Below are positions 1 through 13,119 of a stretch of 64,000 nucleotides of DNA, in pieces. Positions within the stretch are counted from its first letter, which is position 1; the number at the start of each line of letters is the position of its first letter. The DNA is taken from contig OX597816.1 in the NCBI GenBank assembly GCA_951406725.2, forward strand, positions 154,070,001-154,134,000, given 5' to 3'. The notes below the pieces were generated by a model that ran no database searches, was not told the origin of the DNA, and saw nothing but the letters and a program-made list of their open reading frames with translations. Source of the stretch: Octopus vulgaris (taxonomy: Eukaryota). A program made the translations under genes and the position numbers.

Positions 1-394
1 GCAGTATTGTTAACACACTGGCCAAAATATATTTCATCTGCCTTTATGTTCTGAGTTCACGGTCAACTTTGCCTTTCATCCTTTAGGCTCATTAATAGAC
101 TTAGCCCTCCCCAAAATTTGAAACCAATATGTATATACTTATAAATGATGGTTATAATATATAATACATATAAATGACGTTGGTTATTATATTTAGCAAC
201 ATTCTGAAAACCTTAGACCTAATTTATTCATAATTTACAATAATCATAATTCAAGCAAAACTTCAAGATTATGGATCCCACCAGAACATAAGAGAAAAAG
301 TATTTTGGAAGTATTACTTAAAAAAATCATTTAGTCTGAGGAAGAGATTAAGTGCTTAAAACATTTACAGGACTCCCAGGCTAGTGAGACCAAG

Positions 395-880
395 TATACA
401 GATGTTTAGTTTGAACACCTGCAAGTTGATGGCTGCTAGAGGCAGATTCCAGAGAGTTGCAATTTGAGGCAAAAGGAGTGTTTAGTGCCGAATTTGAAAG
501 ATGTGTAGAAGAGAGGCTAGTACACAATGTGCGATTGCATATTTAGTTAGTTCAGAAGAACAGAAACTATTGTAGCAGTGACATGCGACAGATGTGGAAA
601 CATTTTATTGGTGGGTCAGTGATTGTAATGTATTGATGAGTGAAGGTTAACCAATCATGGGATGATCTTTACGAGAGGGACTGCGATCAGTGTGAATCAA
701 TATTATGAAGCAGTCATAGTCAGCTTGAGCAAACTTATAGCATGGAGTAGGCAACCAAAACCTTCGGAGCAATTAAGCTCAGTGATTTATTTGTTTAAAT
801 ATCATATCTGTCTTGCTAGTCAATCTGGCTGCATATACTTGAAGCCTTTAGTAAAGACATCAAAGACAAATAAATAGGTT
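395..880 (-). mobile_element. Old L2/CR1-like LINE 3' remnant
   Basis: Minus strand has an LWNLP...FK-type C-terminal motif; heavily decayed. Confidence 0.35.
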
Positions 881-3639
881 TGGTAAGTATATGCTGGTTT
901 GGACTTAGTATTGTTTCATTCAGTAAATTGATTTTCAATTTACCTTGTTAGATTGAGCTGACAAGGAAGTTTAATACATTTTAAAATGCTCATATTTAAA
1001 TTAAAATCTCTTTGAAGATTTAATATAAGGACCATTTGAACGACAGAGTTATACACCAATAAATACTAGTTATTTTACTAAAGAGCCTCAGAGCTTTGAT
1101 TAATTTCAAAATGAACTGAAACACAAGTATAAGAAATATGGTCATGAAAGACATAAGCTTTACAATGTTTGTTCTAGCTCTTTATGTTCTGTGTTCAAAC
1201 TCCTTTTGGGAGTGGTTAATAAAATGCCAGTCAAGATCACAGAATAATTTGATCTAATGGTGAATGCTAGGTCACTATTAATTATCAATCTCTTATACAA
1301 CAACCAGAGTTTATAAAGGAGGAAGAGCAGAATCATAAAATGTGATGTTCATACTACTCTCAAAGTCATAGAACTTTTTAATCATCAAATAGCTATGAGG
1401 GTCCAGTAGTGTAAAATAGGAATCAAAGGGGTCTGTATATAAAAAAAAATAGTTGCAAAACATTGTATAAATGAATAGCAGTGTCAGGAAATTGGCACTA
1501 ATCAAATGGTAGATCAAAACTTCATTTAATGTAACAATGCTACGAATAAAGACTATAGCATAACAAAACTATAGGTGGAAGAATTAATAGAATACCAAAC
1601 AATCCGAGAAAAATAACATAGTATCCTGTTATAAACTTATAATACATTTATTGTATTTTCAGCCAAAAAAAAAAAAAAAAAAAAAAAAAATGGCACTTTC
1701 AATAGACTAATCTACTTATCTGCAAAAAGGTACCATAAAGGATAGTAGTTGCTGTTTAGTCCTAGGTCAGCCTTGATCAAGCAGGCCTATCAGGCTAGCC
1801 AATAAGATTTATTTTTTTCTGTCTATCTAAAATCACAATATTCAATGTCCTTTTTTAAGTTATCAGTATGTTATATCTTAGTGAGAGTTGGCTGCTACTT
1901 CTATCAGGTTAAGTAATGACATAAAGGCATACTTGTTAGCTTTGTATAGGGTAATATAACAGCCAAATCTTCTTCAAATTATACCACACTATCTTAAAAA
2001 TATAAATATACATTGAATAATAACTGGGAGGAAAAAAAACAATGATCATAACTTCAATGCCTTTGATCACAGGTCATTTGCTCAAATAGGGCAAACCAGG
2101 GATTAAAAATATCAGTCACAAATTTTATAGAACTTGAACTGTAAAATTAATGAGTGACACATTAGAATTTCAGTTCTTAATTTGATGCTGCCAAGAAGAA
2201 AACATTATCTGCAATACCAATACAGTGAGATATATTTCTCTTAATCAGCCCAAAGTCAAGGAAACTGCAGATAAACACTGGCCAAGTGGGCCAGAAAGGT
2301 TTGTGAAAGGAAATGATAATATAGTATAAGAGTTAACTGCTGAAACACTTAACAGTGACCTAAAAACTGAGTATGTCTGGCATGTGAAGATCAAAGGAAT
2401 GTGGAATTAACTGCAGCCATCCCAAATGAGGCTGAACTGGACATTGCTAATTAATCTGCAGTTTACAATTCTGGAGACAATTTATTATATATGGTACTGA
2501 GAATAATAATGATAATAATAGTTTTATTATTATTATTATTGTTTCACAAGGCCTACAAAAGTTTAGGGTGGATATCTTTGAACAAACCAATCCCTAGTAC
2601 TTGACTGGAAGAATAACTATCACCTGCAGAGTGAGCCAGTAGACTCCAACTAAAATTAAATTGTAATAAAATGGTCACAATTTCAAACTGGATTTACTTC
2701 TTTTAAAAATCATTTAAGTGGCATTGATCTTTTGGTTTTAAATTTGATGAACTTTAGATTTTTGATGAAACAAAGATGTTTCTGCTTTCTTCTTTACGTA
2801 TTTTTATAGTTTATTTCTTTCATGCCCTTAATTTTCAGCCTTTGATAACCATAGCCCCATTTTAAAAAAAATTTGCAAGTTTGTCTAATGTTTGATCCAA
2901 AGTAACTTACTTAATATATAATATGCAAAACTGAAATAGTATGCTTTTAGACTTTAAACTCAAACTTGAGCAAGTTAAGGTGGATTCACTCTCACAACAT
3001 ATGTTGCGTGCACTCAATAAACATAAGAAATGTATGCTTAGTCTAATTACAAATAGGAGTCAACAGTACCATAAACTGATGAGACTGAGGTTTTATGAAC
3101 TGATTCTACAGCCTTGATCGCCAGGAGCCTTACATAGAGGTGAAAAAGCAAATTAGATAGAATATTGAATAATTAGGTCTCAAATTCAAAGTTCAGTGCA
3201 GGTGTTTTGTTGTGAATATGGACAGTACAAAAACACACTTAATTCTATATCTCAGTTCACCTAGTTTTGGAAATAGGCATTAGATTTTCTCACAATGTTA
3301 CCAGAACGTTTAAAATAATATTAGTAAGCCAAATATGATGTTCTTTCCTTACTTCATAATTAACTTAAATTAGATTTTTAATGTTATCTACATTAAATAC
3401 ATAAACACTTAATTCTTTTGATAATTAACCTCAATGACTTATATTCTTAAATGTGTTACCTATAATAAACTGGAAAACTATCAAAGGAGAGATATATTTC
3501 TATACATAATAAAACTAGATCTAAGTAACAATCAACCTACTCCTTTTTCATAAACCCTTCTGAATGTTAGAGATGCTGGACCAAGTACCTAACAGTAGTT
3601 AGTTACATTTCCTGACTTTACTTATCATCCTTATGAGGT

Positions 3640-5230
3640 CGAAGAAAAAAGTACCAGTTGAGTACAAAAGTCAATGTAATCGACTTACCCAAGCCCCAGA
3701 AATTGTTTACCTTGTGCCAAAATTTGAAATTACTATTACTATTATGATGATGGTGAAGGTGGTGAGTTGGCAGAGCCGTTAGCACTACGGACAAAATGCT
3801 CAGTGGCATTGCCTTCATCCGAGTTCAAATTCAACCAAGGTCGATTTGCCTTTCATCCTTTCGGGGTCGATAAATTAAGTATCAGTTGATCACTAAGATC
3901 GATGTAATCGACTTACCTCTCTCACTTGAAATTGCTGGCCTTCAGCCAAAATGTGAAACCATTATCATTATGATTGGTGACGGATTGGTTAATCATCAGA
4001 GCATCTTGCAGCCCTTTAATAGTTAGTTAAATCCCACCAAAGTCAACTCTGTTTTGCATCCTCTTGGGATCGATAAGATAAAATACCAATTAAGTACAGT
4101 AATCGACTAATACCTCCTCCAAATGTCTGGCTTCAACGAGTATTACTAAGAACAATGGATAAAAATACCTAGTGGTATTTTATCCTTGGTTGTCCCTAAG
4201 TTCAATAAAATTACTAAAGTCAATTTTATTTGCTTAACGGCATTTCGTCCGTATGTACGCTTTGAGTTCAAATTCCGATGGGGTCGACTTCACCTTTCAT
4301 CTTTTCGGGGTCGATAAAAATAAGTAGTAGTTGAGATCTGGAGTCGATGTAATCGACTTAGCCTCTCCCCCAAAACTGCTGGCTTTGTGCCAAAATTTGA
4401 AACCAATTATAATTATTGTTATCTTTATTATCAAGAATCTATAGAGCGGCCGTCAAAACGCTTGAAATATTTTAATCACGTGAGTTAAATTCCCGCTGTG
4501 ATTGACTTTACCTGTCATACTTCCAAAGACGATAGAATAAAATTCCAGTCGAATATTGTTACCTATATAATCAGTTGTTCACTACAAGTTGGCTCTCTTA
4601 AATCCGGTATTCATGGGACCCAACCACTGTCGGACCGCAGAAACAGAAAATAACCTCTAAGAAAACAGTTCTGTTATCTCATTCCACATATATATTGATG
4701 CTTTATCAAACTTAGAACCAATTTTGAAATCAATCAATGAATATAATACGGCTTCCTAACAAGGTTTTTAATTTGCTTTGTGGAATATAAAGTCTACAAC
4801 AAACCAAAACTTCTATGTGCCGGACCATGCATTGCGTGATCTGTATTACAAATTGTGCGACCTTGTGTCTAGAAATCGTGGTTGGTGGATGACAGAATCG
4901 GAGGATAACCGAACAAAATGCTTTGGGGTATGTAATTGAGTCCCTTCTCATTCAGAATTTGAATCCTGCTTAGGTCAACTTCTATCCTTCCTGTTCTGAT
5001 AAAATAAACTACCAACAAGTGTTGAGTCAACTTAAAAACTCCTCCCCTATCAGTATGTAACCTTAGTAGATTGGCAAAAAAAATCGTCAGTTAAAAAGCC
5101 TTTAGTATTCGTTCGAGTTCTTTCCGATCCGAGTTCAAATCTCGCCGAAATCATCTTTGCCTCTCATCCTTCCGGGTTAGATAGAAATAAATTACTAGTC
5201 GTGTACTGCGGTCGATATAATCGACTGTTT
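3640..5230 (+). mobile_element. Cluster of about 7 same-orientation tRNA-derived SINE copies with a Nin-type core
   Basis: Repeated GAGTTCAAAT (B box) plus GCCTTTCATCCTTTCGGGGTCGATAAATTAAGTA core; clearest copies at about 3755-3965 and 4235-4405. Confidence 0.75.
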
Positions 5231-7226
5231 TCATGCAAAAAAATATTGAAACCTTAGGGTGACATTCAAAAGACAAAGTAGAAAAATTTTATGCGAACTC
5301 AGAAATTAGAGCAAGAAAAAAATAAGGTTATAAGGAAAATCTAACAAGCTATCAGATATGTTGGTAATCAACAAAAACTAACATGCTGAAAATAGATCCT
5401 ACCAGTTCAGATTACAGTATGAAGAATAGGAGACGAGGGAGTCTCCATGTGCTAGACATAGCAGGCAAGTTTCCCTAGACTAACACCCAACTGCCCTAAA
5501 ATAAAGCGATTCCTTACATAACCGGAATTTGCTGTCTAGAAAAAAAAATGGGATGATTACGACTGAAATGATCATAGGTTTGCTTCATCAAGGCCGACTT
5601 GGCGCTAAACAACTTGACGAATAAAAGACAATACAGGTTGTTATTTTTGTTATTTTCAGCTATTTTGAGAGATGGGGTGAAGTCACTGTCTTATACTTTA
5701 CTTGCGCTCTCTCTCTCTCTCTCTCTCAGTTACAATCAATTATAAAATATTTTTGGAGCCTCTACATTATCATCGTATTCAGTTATGAAATTTTGGAACA
5801 GTTATAAGAAATTATATTCAGACCTACTCTAAAAATCATCAAAGAATGTTGGAATTTTCTTCCAAGTAGACATTATAGCTGCATTTGTTTTCTTTCAAAC
5901 TTTTGTTGCGTTTGTTTTTTACAGTTGACGCATACAACTTATCTCAGATGACTCAACAGTACAAAGAAAAACCTAGTAAACTACCTGCTATACACATTGA
6001 ATAACAACCGCACCGAAGTTTTCTAATATAATTAAGTATTTTAATTTCGACAGTATGGTGAAATTTTAAAATTAAAAATAAACCAACTTAAGTTAGATTG
6101 TTTATTTTATTTGCATTTTAATTCTCGACTCTTTTCTAAATTAACTCAAAGCATAACGAAGAACAAAAAAATAATAAACCAAAATTAAGAAGCTTAAAAA
6201 CCGACATAATTTCACTCTTCATTAAAAATAGATTATATAAAAACTTCTTTGTATTAAAAAGGAAGAGGGCGTGGTCTGACTAGATAGATTCATATGGCAT
6301 GTCATAGTAATATCTGTCTAGTAGAAAACAGCCGCATTCATTTACAAAACTATTCAGACAAAGAATAAAGAGTTATGAAGTTCAGTGTTGGCACATTAAA
6401 AATAAAATATGATGTAGAAATAAGAGAAAAATATATCCACTTCTATAAGATCAAAAGTAATATTTTAAGATCAAAATGCAAAACATCACCAATAATACTA
6501 ACAAAAATGACAGGCAATTAGCCAAAAGACCAATTAAGATTAGAAGAGTTGAATTGGGTTTTTCTCTCTAAAGCAAAAACAGAGCAATGAAGTTAGATCT
6601 CTCCTAACACATATACACACATCTTTTTAAACACACATTATGAGTATTTTGAGAGGTATGTGTGTATATAAATAAAATACATATCGAGAGGGTGAATGTA
6701 TATATACATACATACGCATACAAATATGTGTAATATATATGTGTTCAGAGATAGAGGAGTGACGAAGAAATTTCAGATTCTTAAATAGTGTTTCAGAAGA
6801 CTATGCAGTAATAAGAAAAAATAACTGAAAGTTAATTAGTGCCATCATATTTTGTTTATTTAGTAAAAAGAACCATTATTAACGAAATTTAGACAGACAC
6901 TACATAACAGATCCGGGATTGGTCAATAACAATAAAAGGATAGATTCTTAAAAGTGGGGAAAGAAAGGTTAAGTGTGAAAGCCAAACTAGCCTAGATCGC
7001 GTGACAAAAATGTGCTTTTGAACATTTGAGCAAGTTCTAAGAACGATGGACACACAATGACAATTAAAGAACTACATTTTTGTCCTTCTGTCATCTTTTT
7101 TTGCTTTGATTTTTTTTCACGATTTTAGGAATATTGAAACCTTATAAGACGAATATACATGTTACAGTGTAATGTCACTGTATTCCTTTTTGCTATTAAT
7201 TGAGATAACGGAATAAGTTTACTCAC

Positions 7227-7229
7227 CAT
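7227..7229 (-). other. Possible ATG-only first coding exon of a gene transcribed divergently from NUDCD3
   Basis: Minus strand reads CACACC-ATG|GTGAGT (good start context followed directly by a consensus donor); downstream exons not resolved. Confidence 0.3.
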
Positions 7230-7483
7230 GGTGTGGGCAGTTGTAATTTACACACCAATCCTTCACTTCTCTCTTCCTCTATGTAACTGTGTTTCTATCT
7301 GTCTCTTTCTCTCTCTATCTAAATGTATATCTTTCTCTTTCTCTCTTTATTTTTCTATGATTAGATAGAAAGAATTAACACTACTACAATCATTCTCTCT
7401 CTCTCTCTCTAATCCCCTCCCATTTTATTCAAATAGAGGCAAATCACGAGATTCTACGTAAGTCTCGCTCTCTCGGATTTAAT

Positions 7484-7498
7484 CAAGGGAAGTTACTC
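7484..7498 (+). promoter_or_regulatory. CAAGGGAAGTTACTC motif (second copy)
   Basis: 14/15 identical to 13578-13592; about 255 nt upstream of the minus-strand ATG|GTGAGT. Confidence 0.35.
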
Positions 7499-7879
7499 TG
7501 TAAGAGACCTGTCGTTAGTGTCCATCCTAACCGGTGTTAATAACTACTTAAGATATTCATATTCTCTTTAGAAGATAAACGGTTGTTAGACGAGAGCTAA
7601 TCCGACACTTTTCTCTTCACCTAACAAGGTTTCATAGTATTTTGTTTCATTAAGTAAATAACACGAAAATATTCGCTTCATCTTGTCTCTAACAGAACGC
7701 TAATCTATTGCAATTTATTTTCTTAGAAACTATACATATTCCTAACAGCTAAGAAAACTGAAATATGTAGAATTAGTCTTCTTCAGCAACTCAATGAAAC
7801 ATAAGTGACAGATAAACACCCACAATTTTTATTTATGAGTTTGTCCGTTAAGTTGTATTTATGACTTTTACAGACCCTT

Positions 7880-8715
7880 CTACCTCTTAACTGTGCAGTT
7901 TGAATGCAGTGGAGAGAGTTGGGTTGTCAGTTCCGGTTACAGTGGAGGATTGACGGAAACTTAGTATGGGACAATCTGCGTTCATGTGTCACTTTCAACT
8001 CTCTCCTTGATCAATCTGATCAATTTTCTAGGTATCGCTAACTTTCAGCTAGTGCAAAATTCTCAGGGGAGTGGATTGATGCCCTGCCTGTGGCCAACAT
8101 CAGAGGTCTGCTCAGTTTAGATGAACTCCACATCTCCATCGCGCTCAGAGTGGGTGCTGACGTCTATAGGAGACTGAGATGCCGCTGTAGCAGGCCCCTC
8201 GACCCTACAGGTCTTCACGATCTGTCTTGCCGCCTAAATGCTGGTCACTTCGCCCGTCACACCGAGCTAAACCTCATCATTAAGCGGGCCCAGGCTCGGA
8301 TTAATATCCCCTCAGTTCTGGAGCCAGCCGTCGAGGTTATCTAGAAGTAATGGAAAGAAACTAGATGGTCTTACCCTCTGTCTCTGGGTTAGCGGTAGGT
8401 GCCTCATTTGGGACATCACAGTCCTTTGCTCCCTCCCACATCCTGGACGCTACAGTTAATGCTTCCGAAACCGAACGGAAGAAAACCCCGAAGTATCGGG
8501 AACTGACAGTGAACTATCTCTTCCAATCTGTGGCGTTTGAGACGTTCGGAGGGACTGGACCACTAACCGCGAAATTCTTGTCAACGTTGGCAACTCGCCT
8601 CACCGAGGTGTCAGGTGATGCCCGTTTGGGCGCTTGGCTTTCCCAACGCCTTTAACCTCGCCATCGCCCGAAGTAATGCTGCGAGCGTGCTGGCTTGCTT
8701 TAGTAGGTTCCGTTA
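7880..8715 (+). mobile_element. CRE-clade non-LTR retrotransposon, decayed 3' fragment (zinc knuckle + RLE endonuclease)
   Basis: CRCS...H.LSC...RH.ELN.IIKRA, and FQSVAFETFGGTGP; frameshifted. Confidence 0.8.
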
Positions 8716-9954
8716 AACCTTGTGGTGTGTGACCAGTTGCTATGATTAAAAAAATTCCCATAAATGGTTTCAATGCAGTTTTAACAGAGAGATTTGGAAG
8801 AATTAGATGAAAGTTCTCCAGTCATTTTCTCTCATGTAAATAAATGTTTATGTTAATTTTAAAATTTGCCAGTAAAATCTTATAAAACGACAATGTTCTA
8901 AAAGATGTACATGTTTATATGTTATATATGAAAATTAAAATTTTCCACATGCCTACAAGTCTTTAAAGAATTTTCTGCATCATCTTGAGAACTGTAGTGG
9001 AGACAATACGAGTCTTCTGTCGGAGCTGTCTGGGATATTTATATAACATTTCAGAGACTGTTCTGCTGGAAGCAGAAGAGGGAGAGAAAACAACGGACTT
9101 AAAATGGAGAGATGGTGAATTTATACCAATTAACCGGAATAATTCGACTGAATGCAGTTTTGCATGTTTGTGTGAGTATAGCAACAGCAATGTTCTAGGG
9201 ATGTGAACTGCATTAATGTAGGGTCCTTACCAAAAGTCCAAGGCCGATGTACTTTGTAAGCCTAAAGAAGCATTGTCTTCTGTATGTAGTTTTATAGCAA
9301 TATATAGAGTTGCCATGTGAAATAATTAGAAATCGTTAAACCAAGCATTTGTATCCATTCTGAGAGTTTTAGTTGTTGATATCTAAGTAATGAGAGTGGA
9401 TTTCACGTAAGCATAGACACTCACTTTTAGGAAGAATTTGGAATGTCAAGTATAGCCTGAACAATAAAGATGGGGGATAGAATATTTGTTTTTCGGAGAA
9501 GGATTCATCTAAGGTGAGGAATTAAAGAAGGTAATTGAAGACAAAGTTGGTCGTCCTAAAACTTTATTCACTCGCCATTTCTCTTTTACCGAAAAATTAT
9601 ATATCAGAAATAAACTACTAATTATGTCAGTCATTTTTATCTCATCACCTCCGAATCGGGATATTAGGTGACATTTTTTATTTATAAAAAAAAAAAAACC
9701 CAAGCTTTGCAGACTAAACTTGCTAAAAGTTTACCTCTACTCACTCTTTCGCTACAACTTCCTACTTTAAAGAAAAAGGTTTTAGAGAGAGAAAAATTTG
9801 CAAGGCGGAATAAGACAGCTTTCATACCCGACTTCGGAGAGAAGTCCTTAAATTTTCAATCAAGCCTTTTCGATAAAGATAATGGAATAACATAAGATTT
9901 TAAAGTTGTAGTAGAAAAATATGGCAAAAAAATAAATATGAACAAAGTTGGCAG

Positions 9955-12440
9955 CTACCCCGACCACTTCTCACCCCAATTTGACATCGAGCACGGTGCC
10001 TACTGACAGGCAACCGATAAACCTCAAGCGCGCAGTCAATGCCAAATTCAGTGAATTTGACATAAAAGGTGCTATCCGTCTCTTCTCTTCTCTATCCTCC
10101 CTTGCTCCGTGTGACTGAGTCTCTTAGACGTCTGAAAGAGAAGCACCCACCGGCACCCCCAGATAATCAACTAAACTGTCCCAAGACCCCAGGATACTTG
10201 AGATAGGTCTTCACCTGATAACATCAGAAAGGCGATTTCATCCTTCCCTGCTGGTTCAGATGCGGGAATTGATGATCTTCGGCCTCAACATCTCAAGGAT
10301 GGTATCTCCTTATCGGCCGGTGACGCCGGACTTGAGCTCTTGGAGAATTTGACTCAGTTTGTGAACCAGTTCTCCTCAGCGAACGTCCTCCCTTATATCC
10401 GCCCACTATTCGGTGCAAAATTATTCGGGCTCACTAAACCCAATGGAGACCTCCGCCCCATTGCAGTCGGTTGCACCTTTCGCAGTCTCACTGCAAAGAT
10501 GTGCTTACAATCGGTCTCTAGCTTATTGGAGGAGGAATTTTCCCCCACCCAGCTAAGCTACCAGAGCTTATGCCAACTTACCCTCCTTGTCACCCAAGGT
10601 CATCCTCAAACTTGACCTTAAGAATGCCTTCAACTCCATCAGCCGCGATGCTGTGCTCAGCTCAGTAAGAGAGAAGATCCTACAATTCTATCGCCTTGCA
10701 TAGCAGGCTTATCGGGTGTCCTCCTATCTCTCTTTCGGTGATTAAATCATCACTTCCGCCTCAGGAGTCCAACTGGGCGACCCACTCGGGCCCGTTCTGT
10801 TCACACTGGGCGTTGATGACATCACCAAGATGGGGGACGAGCTACACCTCAATTTCTGGTATCTCGACGATGTTTGTTTGGGGGGGACCTCCGGACAGGG
10901 TTCTCACCATTGCAAACATGATAGTTGGGAAGCTTGGTCGCCGGGTTCTCCAAGTAAACAACTCCAAATGTGAGCTCTGGATCCATCAACCAACTATTGA
11001 CCTTTTTGCAGAGTCCTTCCCTTCCATTGCAGTCCCTCCCCCATCTGCTTGGTGCTTCCTAGGAGCCCCAATCACTGACCATGCTTTCCAGTCGAAGTTG
11101 GCTTCCCTTGAGCAATTGCTGATAAATATTGAAGCTATCGAACCCCATCAAGATTTTTTCATACTTATGAATTACCTCTCGATCCCTAAGTTTCTATATT
11201 TGCTCAGAGTCAGCTGATCTTACCGATTCCTATCGTGCCTCCAACGCTTCGACAATCTAATGCTTAGTCAATGTCAGACTCTCTCCAACGTCCCGCGACC
11301 AGGCTGCATTGCCCAAGCGATTTGGAGGTCTTGGACTTCGTAAGTGTTCGTCCCTCGCTCTCCCCTGCTTCCTTTCCTCCACCCACACCTGCTCCACCTT
11401 AGTGAGCAACATCTTCTCCTCTCCAACATCGACCAGTTCCAACAGGGAGTTGGATGAAGCTCTCCAACACTGGAGGGAATTGGGCTTGTCTACTCCCGAG
11501 GAAGTGGAGGTCTGTCGGAGTCAGAGAGCTTGGGACAACATAATTTCGAAGGTCAGTTTTGACTCCCTCTTCATCCAGTCGGACCAGTTTTCAAGGTGCC
11601 GCTTACTGTCTGCTGGCGCCAAATACTTAGATGACTAGATTGATGCCATCTCTGTGGCTAATATTGGTGACCTACTCAGCTTGGACGAACGTCGTGTCTC
11701 CATTGCCTTCAGAGTGGGAGCTGACGTATGTATGGGTTTGATCTGTCGTTGTGGCAAGCTCCTTGACTCCACAGGCCACCAATGCCTTTCTTGCCGCCTG
11801 AATGCTGGTCGCTTCGTGTGTCATACGGAGTTGAACTTGATCCTCAAGAGGAGCTTGACCCGAGCAAACATTCCTTCTATCTTGGAAACATCTGGATTGT
11901 CCAGATGTGATTGGAAGAGACCTGACGGCCTCATCCTGTGCCCTTGGTCACAAGGCAGATGCCTTGTCTGGGATGTCACAGTTAGCGACTCCTTTGCTTC
12001 TCACATCCTGGATGCTGCGATTAGGGCGAGATCCAAAGTTTCTGCGGCCGAGCGGAACAAAATCCTGAAAAACCACGATCTGTCGGCCAACTACATTTTC
12101 CATCCTATGGCGTTCGAGACGTTTGGTGGGGTCGGACCACTAACTGCGAGATACCTGTCTTGACTGGCAACTGGTCTTGCAGAGGTAACTGATGAGGCTC
12201 GTGAGGGCGCTTGGCTGTTCAAGCGCGTCAGCCACGCCATCACCCGCACAACGCTGCAAGTGTGCTGGCGTGCCTCAATAGCCATTAGAGAGGTTTCCCA
12301 GCGCCCCCAACTTTTCAACCCAAAGTGGTGAATTGTTTCGGTTTTTTTCTTTTTTTTTAATTTTTTCAATTGTGTTCTCTTTTTTGTCTAATTTTCTAAT
12401 TTAATTTTGTAAAACGGTAAACACTGTGAAGGCAATAAAC
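9955..12440 (+). mobile_element. CRE-clade non-LTR retrotransposon, decayed and 5'-truncated (RT + zinc knuckle + RLE)
   Basis: RT motifs KPNGDLRPIAVG, LDLKNAFNS, GVQLGDPLGPVLF, WYLDD; then MPKRFGGLG, CRCG...HQCLSC, KRPDG...W.QG..LVWDVT, FETFGGVG; stops and frameshifts; T-rich 3'UTR with AATAAA near 12434. Confidence 0.88.
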
Positions 12441-12550
12441 TATTACGAACATGACGGCTAGTCTCAGGTTATTTCAATATGACCGCTAGTAAACTTACGT
12501 CAGAATGACCAGATAACAATATACAATATACATATTTCAACATAGTGAAT

Positions 12551-12690
12551 CAGGGCGAACTGAAAGTATTAAGGGCCCTCAGGCATAACTGTTTACCGGA
12601 CCTCTTAGCGTTGATTTAGTAGAGTTAACATATAGAGTGCGGGCGCTCAGAGTTCCGCGCCCGATTGACCGATGGTTCAGTCCGCTCCTG
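12551..12690. mobile_element. Short MITE-like GC-rich element
   Basis: Imperfect terminal inverted repeats CAGGGCGAACTG ... CAGTCCGCTCCTG. Confidence 0.35.
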
Positions 12691-13119
12691 CAGTGTATTG
12701 GAGACTATGCTATCCAACGTCTTTCTTTTTCAAAAGTTTAAGATGGGATATGAGGGAGATTGGTCTGATATTTTTAAAGGATTGAGGGACTGTGTAAAAG
12801 CCCCCAATTGATTGGCTTGATTGACTTGAGAACATTACAAAAAAATTACTGCAGTTGGTTGTTATTCAAAGACACTGTCCGCGCTGAATACAATAGCTAA
12901 GCTAATACTGACATATTTAGTAAAATAACACTGAAACGAGAGAACAACTCAATGATTTATCTTTATTTGCCATTGTGGGAACATGGCTCCCGATGAATAT
13001 AGAAAACATCATTTTGGATATGCTCCGATTTTATTTGCCTTCTTTAAATAAGCATAAGTTTTACTGTACTTACTAAAGCGATAATAAATAAAATCATTAA
13101 AAAAATATATATATATATA

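Noticed and set aside
8963-9580. Long minus-strand ORF under a TAA=Gln (ciliate-type) genetic code
   Set aside because: On a careful recount the frame needs a frameshift near 9290 and otherwise contains TAG and TGA; stops in the CRE copies fall at Trp/Arg positions, consistent with ordinary decay.
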